From positions 1 to 39,193 of the forward strand of contig JACQJI010000005.1 in assembly GCA_016198045.1 (NCBI GenBank): a DNA stretch of 39,193 nt, given 5' to 3'. Under the pieces are notes generated by a model, which searched no databases, was not told the DNA's origin, and saw nothing but the letters and a program-made list of their open reading frames with translations. This DNA is from Candidatus Doudnabacteria bacterium. GTDB taxonomy: Bacteria > Patescibacteriota > Doudnabacteria > UBA920 > O2-02-FULL-48-8. Of this stretch, positions 32,626 to 39,093 are shown piece by piece; the first letter of the stretch is position 1, and every line of letters starts with the position of its first letter. Made by a program: the position numbers and the translations under genes.

Positions 32626-33325
32626 AAAAAAATCAAACGGCAGGCTGCAATCGGACTTCATAACCCTTACTTCACATCAACTCAGAACACCACTATCTGG
32701 CGTGAAGTGGCTTTTGGAATTGCTCCAGTCGGACGGGACTAATCTTAACAAGAAGCAAAAAGATTTACTGCAAAAGATTTATTCATCCAACGAGCGGATG
32801 ATTGCGTTGGTCAACGATCTGCTCGAAGTTTCTAGGATCGAAGCTGGCGAGAGCAAGTTGTATCTGCAGCCGACCGATTTAGCTCCGATTATCCGTGGAC
32901 TGCTCAAGGAAAAAGAAGACCAGATCAAAAAAAAGCGGATCAAGGTTGCCCTGATTGTGGAACAAGAACCGCTGCCACTGGTGCGGACCGAACCGAACAA
33001 AATCAGGCAAGCGCTTGGAAACCTGGTTTCTAATGCTATCTCTTACACGCCGGAAAGCGGTTCGGTCAGCATTGCTCTTAGCGTGCAGGATGGGACAATT
33101 CTAGTCAGCATCAAAGACACTGGCGTGGGGATTCCCAAAGAGGAGCAGAAGCAGGTGTTTACTAAATTTTTCCGGGGCACGAATATCTTGAATTTCGAAA
33201 CCAACGGCACGGGCTTGGGGCTTTATATCACCAAAGCCTTCGTGGAAGCCTCGGGCGGCCGGATTTGGTTTAGGTCCGAGGAAAACAAGGGCACTACTTT
33301 TTACTTCACGCTCCCGATTGCGTAA
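32606..33325 (+). CDS. soluble histidine kinase core (HisKA plus HATPase_c only)
   Basis: H-box TSHQLRTPLSGV, N-box LVSNAISYT, DTGVGIP and GTGLGL. Overlaps the upstream kinase gene by 20 nt. Confidence 0.85.
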   Translation: MTKKKSEKKSNGRLQSDFITLTSHQLRTPLSGVKWLLELLQSDGTNLNKKQKDLLQKIYSSNERMIALVNDLLEVSRIEAGESKLYLQPTDLAPIIRGLLKEKEDQIKKKRIKVALIVEQEPLPLVRTEPNKIRQALGNLVSNAISYTPESGSVSIALSVQDGTILVSIKDTGVGIPKEEQKQVFTKFFRGTNILNFETNGTGLGLYITKAFVEASGGRIWFRSEENKGTTFYFTLPIA

Positions 33326-33328
33326 TAC

Positions 33329-33354
33329 GCTCGGGCTAGCCGGTAGTTTTGCAA
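33329..33354. repeat. solo module of the CTAGCCGG/CAAAACTA repeat family
   Basis: GCTCGGGCTAGCCGGTAGTTTTGCAA, between convergent genes. Confidence 0.6.
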
Positions 33355-33369
33355 TCTGTGCCGAGACTC

Positions 33370-33927
33370 CTAAATATGGGACAAGCTAGCAATAATCAGT
33401 AGCCCGCTGGCATTCATGATAAAAGAGAGTATTAAAAACTGCCAGCGTTTTATTTTGCTGACACTCATCAGGGTGATTCCCAATTCGTCGGGCAGGGGAG
33501 AAGCGATGATCAGAGCGCCGAGCACCGGGAGCATCCAGGCAAAGTAGGGAGTATGCAGCAATGCAGTTAGGTGTGAACCTCCCAACTTCTGAAACAATGG
33601 TTTGATTTCGTCCAAAATATGATCTCTGAGGAACCGGAAAATAATAAAATCTCCAAGCACCGCTCCTAAGCCGCCAAAAATTGCAATCAGAAGAGGATTG
33701 CCGGTTTGGGCAATCAGATAGAGAACCACTGTGGCTGGCGCCACGGTAAATACGGAGGTGAAAAATATTCCGGTAATGAATGCGCCGAGATATTTTATTT
33801 GCTTAAGGAACTCCACAAGCTCCTGGACAAATAAAAAATCAGAGGCCAGAAAAAGCGCCACCAGGCTGATCAGCAGCAAAGAGGTATTTTTGTATCTCCA
33901 CCCGTGATAATAACCCAGAGGTTTCAT
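33370..33927 (-). CDS. integral membrane protein (DedA/VTT-like, tentative)
   Basis: Five or six hydrophobic segments. The family assignment from FGGLGAVLGDFIIFRFLRD is weak. Confidence 0.6.
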   Translation of the reverse strand: MKPLGYYHGWRYKNTSLLLISLVALFLASDFLFVQELVEFLKQIKYLGAFITGIFFTSVFTVAPATVVLYLIAQTGNPLLIAIFGGLGAVLGDFIIFRFLRDHILDEIKPLFQKLGGSHLTALLHTPYFAWMLPVLGALIIASPLPDELGITLMSVSKIKRWQFLILSFIMNASGLLIIASLSHI

Positions 33928-33949
33928 AAAGATATTATAACATGCTCTG

Positions 33950-33978
33950 TTGATCGATTAGCAGAATTTTGTTATAGT
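33950..33978 (+). promoter_or_regulatory. promoter for tRNA-Thr(GGU)
   Basis: TTGATC, 17 nt (ending in TGT), TATAGT, 15 nt upstream of the tRNA. Confidence 0.6.
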
Positions 33979-33992
33979 ATCCAGGCCAAAGT

Positions 33993-34068
33993 GCCGTTGT
34001 AGCTCAGTTGGCAGAGCAACTCCATGGTAAGGAGTAGGTCGTCGGTTCAATTCCGACCAACGGCTCCA
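33993..34068 (+). tRNA. tRNA-Thr (anticodon GGU), CCA encoded, discriminator U73
   Basis: GCCGTTG/CAACGGC acceptor stem, anticodon loop ATGGTAA, T-arm GTCGG-TTCAATT-CCGAC. Confidence 0.92.
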
Positions 34069-34149
34069 TGAACTATTCGCGAACTAAAAGTTCGCTCAAG
34101 TTCATGGCACGGCCATAAAATACTGTGCCATGTTGGCGAATAGTTCATG
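34067..34149. repeat. palindromic element (14-nt perfect outer arms plus two hairpins) abutting the tRNA 3' end
   Basis: CATGAACTATTCGC (34067-34080) pairs with GCGAATAGTTCATG (34136-34149). Inner hairpins GAAC-TAAAA-GTTC and CATGGCAC...GTGCCATG. Confidence 0.7.
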
Positions 34150-34210
34150 CCCTGAACCCGAACGATTAGTGAGTGGTTCGGGGCAGGTTAAGACTTAAGA
34201 AAGGAATTTT

Positions 34211-34366
34211 ATGAGTCAAGATAATTTGATTTCAATAGAATGTACTAACTGCCACCGAGTCAATTATCATTCCCGAAAAAACAAGAAGACCAATACCACT
34301 AGATTGGTAATGTCGAAGTTTTGTCGCTGGTGTAAGAAACACACTGAGCATAAGGAAACGAAGTGA
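34211..34366 (+). CDS. rpmG: 50S ribosomal protein L33 (51 aa, below the ORF-track cutoff)
   Basis: Hand translation: MSQDNLISIECTNCHRVNYHSRKNKKTNTTRLVMSKFCRWCKKHTEHKETK*. It has the CxxC...CxxC zinc ribbon and the KNKK motif. SD AAGGAA. Confidence 0.88.
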   Translation: MSQDNLISIECTNCHRVNYHSRKNKKTNTTRLVMSKFCRWCKKHTEHKETK

Positions 34367-34396
34367 GCCAGCGACTCTGAGCGAAGTCGAACGGGC

Positions 34397-34438
34397 AAAT
34401 GGTGCCGGAAGCACACGGAGCATAAAGAGACAAAGTAG
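34397..34438 (+). pseudogene. relic second copy of the rpmG 3' end (KWCRKHTEHKETK*), in frame with rpmG
   Basis: The 42 nt at 34397-34438 parallel 34325-34366 codon for codon, with mostly synonymous differences. Confidence 0.55.
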
Positions 34439-34450
34439 TTGTAAGTTTTA

Positions 34451-34532
34451 GGGCATAGCGGCCAGTATGGTTTATGGTTATTGGTTTTAAGCCAAAGACT
34501 ATAAACTAAAGACTATACTCGCAGCTACGCCC
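34451..34532. repeat. long imperfect hairpin repeat (GGGCATAGCGGC family)
   Basis: GGGCATAGCGGCCAGTATGG... pairs with ...CTATACTCGCAGCTACGCCC. The end sequences match 4057-4078. Confidence 0.7.
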
Positions 34533-34553
34533 AACAACCCATGACTTATTCAC

Positions 34554-34627
34554 GGGGGCATAGTGTAACGGTAGCACAACGCTCTCCAAAAGCGTTTGTT
34601 GAGGTTCGAATCCTCATGCCCCTGCCA
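34554..34627 (+). tRNA. tRNA-Trp (anticodon CCA), discriminator G73, CCA encoded
   Basis: GGGGGCA/TGCCCCT acceptor stem (G1-U72), anticodon loop CTCCAAA, T-arm GAGG-TTCGAAT-CCTC. Confidence 0.88.
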
Positions 34628-34683
34628 AAGAAACAGATTTAACTTTGCTAACGTCTTATTATAAGGGAGCTATGCTCCCGCTT

Positions 34684-34741
34684 CCAGTAGTAGAAGTTTA
34701 ATAGCGCTTCGCGCTAAAAAGAAATTAAACTTCACTCCTGG
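34684..34741. mobile_element. MITE-like element (58 nt) of the GIY-YIG TIR family
   Basis: Ends CCAGTAGTAGAAGTTTAAT and ATTAAACTTCACTCCTGG, with a central hairpin AGCGC-TTC-GCGCT. Confidence 0.6.
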
Positions 34742-34753
34742 ATAGTTGCCCGT

Positions 34754-34837
34754 CAGGTAGTGAAATTTAATATCCCGCCGACAGGCGGGATTAATTACCT
34801 GGCATAGTTTAAGTACTAATTAAATTTCTATTACCTG
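34754..34837. mobile_element. MITE-like element (84 nt) of the GIY-YIG TIR family, abutting a start codon
   Basis: Ends CAGGTAGTGAAATTTAAT and ATTAAATTTCTATTACCTG, with an inner hairpin ATCCCGCC-GACA-GGCGGGAT. The next nucleotide begins ATG 34838. Confidence 0.7.
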
Positions 34838-36592
34838 ATGAAAAGCCGCACCAGGCAAACATTGCGCATATTTTGGCGACATGCCCGCAGATATCCCGGG
34901 ATGATTTTGCTCTTGGTGGCATCCATGGTGGCAGCCACTGCGGTCGATGTCTATATCCCGTCATTGTATAAGCAGTTGTTTAACGGTTTGGCGATGGGGG
35001 CTGCGACCGGGCAGCTGCTGAGCATCATTTACACGATCCTGGGCAGCGCTTTTGTCATGTGGGCATTTTGGCGGGTAGCCGGTTTCACCAACGATTTCTT
35101 CCAGCCGCGGGTCATGGCTGACATTTTGGACACCTGCTTTAAATACCTGCACGATCATTCGTACAACTTTTTTTCGAGCAATTTCGTGGGCAGCCTGGTC
35201 AAAAGAGTGACCCGGTTTGAACGCGCCTTCGAAAGTGTCGCAGACATAATCTACTGGGAGATGGGCCAGACGGCTCTGAGAATCGTCATAATTTTGTTTG
35301 TGCTTTATTTTTACGTCCATGAGGTTTTGGCTCTGCTGCTTTTGGCCTGGTCTGTTTTGTACGTGATTTTCAGCTATATCTTTGCCCGATTCAAGCTGAA
35401 GTATGACATAGAGAATTCGGAAATCGACACCAAGGTCAGCGGCACCCTTGCTGACACCATAACCAATAACATCAACATCAAGTTGTTCGGAGGCACAGCG
35501 CGGGAATTCAAAACGTTTCGTAATGTGACCCAAAAACAATTCCAAATCAGAAAATGGACATGGAATTTAAGCGATATAAATGAGGCCGTGCAAGGGGGCC
35601 TCATGGTTTTTTTGGAGTTCTTAATGCTTTATAACGCGGTGAAATATTGGCAGCGCGGAGTGCTTACCATTGGCGACTTTGCCTTGATCCAAGCTTTTCT
35701 GGTGCAGATTTTTGGCAGACTGTGGAATTTGGGCCGGCACATCAAACAGCTTTATGAAAGACTGGCGGAAGCCGAGGAAATGACCGAAATCCTTATGACC
35801 CCGCACGAAGTGCACGATAAACCGGATGCGAAAAAACTGGAAGTGCCACTGGGCAAGATTGAGTTTAAAAATCTGACCTTCGGCTACCATAAGTCGAGAA
35901 ATGTGTTTAAAAATTTCAATCTGGTCATCAAACCCGGTGAGCGCATCGCCTTCATCGGTCCTTCCGGCGGCGGCAAAACCACCATTGTCAAGCTGCTGTT
36001 TAGATTTTTCGACGTCAGCGGCGGCGAGATTTTGATCGATGGACAAAACCTCGCAGACGTCACGCAAGAAAGTTTGCGGGCGAATTTGTCGTTGGTGCCC
36101 CAGGATCCGATTTTGTTTCATCGCTCGCTCTACGACAACATCGCTTACGGCAGGTCCAATGCCTCTTCCGCGGAAATTTACAAAGCGGCGCGGCAAGCCC
36201 ATTGCCATGAATTCATTTCGTCATTTCCCAAAGGCTACGACACTTTTGTGGGCGAGCGTGGCATCAAGCTTTCGGGCGGGGAGCGTCAAAGGGTAGCCAT
36301 AGCGCGGGCGATCCTCAAGAACGCGCCAATTTTGGTTCTTGACGAAGCCACCAGCTCGCTTGATTCGGAGTCGGAGTACTTCATTCAGGATGCCTTGAAA
36401 ACCCTTATGAAAAATAAAACCACGATTGTCATCGCGCATAGGCTGTCCACGATTATGCAAATGGATCGAATCGTGGTCATCGACAAAGGCCAGATTATGG
36501 AAGAAGGCAAGCACGCAGAGCTGGTCAAAGCCAAGCAGGGGATTTACCAGAAGCTTTGGGAGATCCAGGCCGGCGGCTTCGGCTCGGCATAG
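34838..36592 (+). CDS. ABC exporter, fused permease/ATPase (MsbA-like type I)
   Basis: Six-TM N-terminal half, Walker A GPSGGGKTT, signature LSGGERQR, Walker B LVLDEATS. Confidence 0.9.
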   Translation: MKSRTRQTLRIFWRHARRYPGMILLLVASMVAATAVDVYIPSLYKQLFNGLAMGAATGQLLSIIYTILGSAFVMWAFWRVAGFTNDFFQPRVMADILDTCFKYLHDHSYNFFSSNFVGSLVKRVTRFERAFESVADIIYWEMGQTALRIVIILFVLYFYVHEVLALLLLAWSVLYVIFSYIFARFKLKYDIENSEIDTKVSGTLADTITNNINIKLFGGTAREFKTFRNVTQKQFQIRKWTWNLSDINEAVQGGLMVFLEFLMLYNAVKYWQRGVLTIGDFALIQAFLVQIFGRLWNLGRHIKQLYERLAEAEEMTEILMTPHEVHDKPDAKKLEVPLGKIEFKNLTFGYHKSRNVFKNFNLVIKPGERIAFIGPSGGGKTTIVKLLFRFFDVSGGEILIDGQNLADVTQESLRANLSLVPQDPILFHRSLYDNIAYGRSNASSAEIYKAARQAHCHEFISSFPKGYDTFVGERGIKLSGGERQRVAIARAILKNAPILVLDEATSSLDSESEYFIQDALKTLMKNKTTIVIAHRLSTIMQMDRIVVIDKGQIMEEGKHAELVKAKQGIYQKLWEIQAGGFGSA

Positions 36593-36593
36593 A

Positions 36594-36675
36594 TTGCAAA
36601 ACTACCGGCTGCAAATTCTGCTGAATTTGCAGCCTGCTTGCTTGCGCCGTCGCGCAGTACTGGCTAGTTTTGCAA
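36594..36675. repeat. palindromic element (outer arms plus two hairpins), CAAAACTA family
   Basis: Arms TTGCAAAACTACCGG and CTGGCTAGTTTTGCAA. Contains a perfect 11-bp hairpin GCTGCAAATTC-TGCT-GAATTTGCAGC. More related repeat sequence follows up to ~36790. Confidence 0.7.
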
Positions 36676-36818
36676 CTATGCCTTGCCTCAATAGTCCTGT
36701 GAGGTTTTCCCAAAATCGCGTTACCCGTCGCTGCCTGCGGCGAGAGCTAGTTTTTGCAGCAACGCCTCACTTCTTGCCTCGCTATAGAGATAAAAAAAAG
36801 GCGGGTGTTGCACCTGCC

Positions 36819-37436
36819 CTAGGGTAACCGAAACCGGACAGCCTCAATGAGGCGTTCGTTCGCTTGGGCCTGTTCCCTGGCTTCCGTCCGCTCATGCATG
36901 CGGGCCGCTTGCTCAGTCATGGCGAGCAGTTCAGGGGTTAGCCACGGCTCATCGTCCAGCCAATGACTTTTGACGATATTGTCCGCGACCCAAGCCGCCT
37001 GCCAGAAGACCCCGATGACGAACGCCACCCCGCCGACCAGGCAAGCGCCGGTGATTATGGATTTGTATCCTACAATACCCATGATCACGAGGGCGACGCC
37101 GGCGAATCCCGCGAGACAGAAGTTAGTGAACCAATCCATTCGCTTGTCGCGCAAACGGACGAATTTCACCCACTCGTGGTCTTCGACATACAGGAACATC
37201 TGGTCACGTTCACTTGTCAGTCGGCCAAGCGCCCGCGACGCAACCAATGCGTGGAAGACCAGAATGGCGCCAGCGCCTTGGACGGCGGCTTGCGCGTCTT
37301 CGATAGGGAACAGATGCCCCCATCTGGCGAAACAGGTCCGCCAGATGACGCAGACCACGGCAGTGAATGCCAATGGCTTGGGGAACATCAGCCATACCCG
37401 GCGAAGGTTCTTTTTCCAGCTCTTCATTCTCTTCAT
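36819..37436 (-). CDS. hypothetical integral membrane protein
   Basis: Strong SD (GGAGGA, 4 nt before the ATG) and four hydrophobic segments. GC-rich, so long alternative ORFs exist on the + strand. Confidence 0.55.
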   Translation of the reverse strand: MKRMKSWKKNLRRVWLMFPKPLAFTAVVCVIWRTCFARWGHLFPIEDAQAAVQGAGAILVFHALVASRALGRLTSERDQMFLYVEDHEWVKFVRLRDKRMDWFTNFCLAGFAGVALVIMGIVGYKSIITGACLVGGVAFVIGVFWQAAWVADNIVKSHWLDDEPWLTPELLAMTEQAARMHERTEAREQAQANERLIEAVRFRLP

Positions 37437-37527
37437 TGTGTCCTCCTTGACTGTCCATCTTACTATTAAACAGAAAGGCGTGTCAAAATCAGGTAGCTTG
37501 ACGAAACTGGCATTTTTATTGACCTTT

Positions 37528-37536
37528 TGATATAAT
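37528..37536 (+). promoter_or_regulatory. extended -10 promoter element (TGATATAAT) for the HU gene
   Basis: TGnTATAAT lies 74 nt upstream of ATG 37610. Confidence 0.45.
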
Positions 37537-37565
37537 GCTCAAGCATTGTTAATAACTAATTAAGA

Positions 37566-37594
37566 TCCGCCTTTGCTCTTCGAGCTTTGGCGGA
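37566..37594 (+). promoter_or_regulatory. conserved 5'-UTR hairpin (TCCGCC...GGCGGA)
   Basis: TCCGCC-TTT-GCTC-TTC-GAGC-TTT-GGCGGA. A second copy of the same design is at 38244-38272. Confidence 0.4.
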
Positions 37595-37609
37595 CTAGAA
37601 GGTACCCTT

Positions 37610-37897
37610 ATGGCAAAAGGAATGACAAAGTCCGAGGTCCTCACCGCGCTTGCTGAGAAGCTCGGCAAAAGCCGAAAAGAAGTCGCCGAAATGGTGGACG
37701 CAGTCGTGGGCTTGGCCTACGACGAGACCAAAAAGAGCGGCGAGTTCACCATCCCAGGCTTGGGAAAGCTTCAAAAGAAGCACCGCGAAGCCCGCATGGG
37801 CCGCAACCCAGCGACTGGCGAGCAGATTAAGATCCCTGCCAAGACCGTGGTGAAGTTCCGAGTGGCAAAGGCAGCCAAAGACTCAATTCTGGCCTAA
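37610..37897 (+). CDS. hup: HU/IHF-family DNA-binding protein
   Basis: MTKSEV...GEFTIPGLGKL...REARMGRNPATGEQIKIPAKTVVKFRVAK matches the HU signature. Confidence 0.9.
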   Translation: MAKGMTKSEVLTALAEKLGKSRKEVAEMVDAVVGLAYDETKKSGEFTIPGLGKLQKKHREARMGRNPATGEQIKIPAKTVVKFRVAKAAKDSILA

Positions 37898-37917
37898 GCT
37901 GTAATCGAAGAATAATA

Positions 37918-37945
37918 AAACCGTCAAAGCTTGACGGTTTTATTT
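37918..37945 (+). terminator. intrinsic terminator of the HU gene
   Basis: AAACCGTCAA-AGC-TTGACGGTTT followed by TATTT. Confidence 0.8.
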
Positions 37946-37959
37946 AAATCTGCTATAAT
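37931..37959 (+). promoter_or_regulatory. near-consensus promoter with no adjacent ORF
   Basis: TTGACG, 17 nt (ending in TGC), TATAAT. The -35 is the 3' arm of the HU terminator. Confidence 0.6.
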
Positions 37960-37965
37960 AAATCA

Positions 37966-38053
37966 TAGAGTAAAATTTGATGGAAACCAACGACAATCCC
38001 TCGGAATCTTCTGTACGAACCACATAGGCTTTTTCAAGCACCTGTGGTTTTTT
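37966..38053 (+). ncRNA. candidate small RNA or attenuated leader (promoter-to-terminator unit)
   Basis: Starts about 7 nt after the -10 and ends at the hairpin CCACA(TA)GG...CCTGTGG followed by TTTTTT (38020-38053). The only ORF inside is 15 aa with no SD. Confidence 0.3.
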
Positions 38054-38059
38054 CTTTTG

Positions 38060-38203
38060 CCCAGTACCAGAAGTTTGATTGTGTTATAAATAACTGATAA
38101 ATGATAATTATTATCAAAACTAATATGCGAAGTTTGAAGCAACCGGCGTGACTTTAATCTAATTCCGCAAAGCGGAATTAGATATCAAACTTTCGGTACT
38201 GGG
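38060..38203. mobile_element. MITE-like element (144 nt), a divergent member of the GIY-YIG TIR family
   Basis: Ends CCCAGTACCAGAAGTTTGAT and ATCAAACTTTCGGTACTGGG (18/20 complementary). Inner perfect hairpin TCTAATTCCGC-AAA-GCGGAATTAGA. TTTG flanks both sides. Confidence 0.65.
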
Positions 38204-38243
38204 TTTGCTTTCCATTTTTTGGAAAAAATTAACTAGGTCGAAA

Positions 38244-38272
38244 GTCCGCCTTCGCATTAAGCTTCGGCGGAC
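38244..38272 (+). promoter_or_regulatory. conserved 5'-UTR hairpin (GTCCGCC...GGCGGAC)
   Basis: GTCCGCC-TTC-GC-ATTAA-GC-TTC-GGCGGAC, 47 nt upstream of ATG 38320. Confidence 0.4.
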
Positions 38273-38319
38273 GGTCTCAATGAGAATTGGGACTGGAGGA
38301 CCGAAAGGGGGTGACATAA

Positions 38320-38994
38320 ATGCCAAATTATCCTCAAGCCGTGACAGATGCGGTTTCCGATCTGTACGCGCGTTTCATCACTTTCCTGCCGAACTTCCTC
38401 ATCGCAGTAATTATCTTGGTAGTCGGTTGGATCCTCGCCGTGGCCGTGGCAAAATTGGTTAAATCTCTTTTGAACACGCTCAAGCTGGACGAGGTCGGCG
38501 ATAAGCTGGGCTTGGACCAGCTGTCGTCTCGAACCGGGATGAGAATGTCCGTGTCCGGAGCCGTGGCTTGGTTGGTGAAATGGTTTATCTTGCTCGCCGT
38601 ATTTCTAGCCGCTGCCGATATCCTGAAGCTGGACAAGATTTCAGATTTCTTAAACGACGTGCTCGCATATATTCCGGATGTGGTTGCCGGAGCCGCGATT
38701 CTGTTGGTCGGAACATTGGTTGCCCACTTCCTAGCCAGGCTGGTTCGCCATAGCGTGCAGGCCGCGGGCCTTAAGTCCGCTGATATGCTTGGTGCCGTGA
38801 CCCAGTGGTCAATTATGGTTTTTACCGTTCTTGCCACCTTGCATCAATTGGGTGTTGCGCCAGCGTTTGTTCAAACCTTGTTCACCGGAGTGATCGCCAT
38901 GTTGGCCATCGCTGGCGGGCTGGCTTTCGGCCTTGGAGGCCGGGATCATGCCTCAAAGGTGTTGGACAAGATTGAAAAGGATATCAAATCCTAA
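38320..38994 (+). CDS. membrane protein with repeated 'conserved TM helix' units (like the MscS N-terminal region)
   Basis: SD GGGGGTGA. Repeated segments of the type FLPNFLIAVIILVVGWILAVAVAKLVKSLL. No MscS beta domain is present. Confidence 0.65.
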   Translation: MPNYPQAVTDAVSDLYARFITFLPNFLIAVIILVVGWILAVAVAKLVKSLLNTLKLDEVGDKLGLDQLSSRTGMRMSVSGAVAWLVKWFILLAVFLAAADILKLDKISDFLNDVLAYIPDVVAGAAILLVGTLVAHFLARLVRHSVQAAGLKSADMLGAVTQWSIMVFTVLATLHQLGVAPAFVQTLFTGVIAMLAIAGGLAFGLGGRDHASKVLDKIEKDIKS

Positions 38995-39046
38995 ATTAGT
39001 TCTAAGTTCGTAAAGTTAAAAGTTCATAATTTTCCATCAAAAATAA

Positions 39047-39076
39047 AAGCAGCCCAATCCAGGGTTGCTTTTATTT
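39047..39076 (+). terminator. intrinsic terminator
   Basis: AAGCAGCCC-AATCCA-GGGTTGCTT followed by TTATTT. Confidence 0.65.
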
Positions 39077-39093
39077 GAAATTTTTGCTATAAT
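39065..39093 (+). promoter_or_regulatory. promoter overlapping the terminator 3' arm
   Basis: TTGCTT, 17 nt (ending in TGC), TATAAT. The downstream gene lies outside the window. Confidence 0.5.

Noticed and set aside
34364-34366. Possible UGA recoding (Gly/Trp code, as in some CPR lineages), given the in-frame continuation after the rpmG TGA.
   Set aside because: TGA ends L33 exactly at the family C-terminus. It also terminates the protease (3034-3036), the 9952 ORF, the response regulator and the first kinase at sensible positions. RF1 and standard gene lengths fit code 11.
36963-37530. Two long + strand ORFs (168 and 186 aa) opposite the 36819-37436 gene.
   Set aside because: Stop-codon depletion in GC-rich DNA explains them. 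The minus-strand ORF has a strong GGAGGA SD at ideal spacing and clear TM segments, whereas the + strand products are low-complexity (Pro/Arg/Asp-rich).
37980-38027. A 15-aa ORF (METNDNPSESSVRTT) as a leader peptide in the orphan transcript.
   Set aside because: It has no SD and no codon pattern suggestive of attenuation (no runs of a regulatory amino acid). It is kept only as a remark under the sRNA/attenuator candidate.
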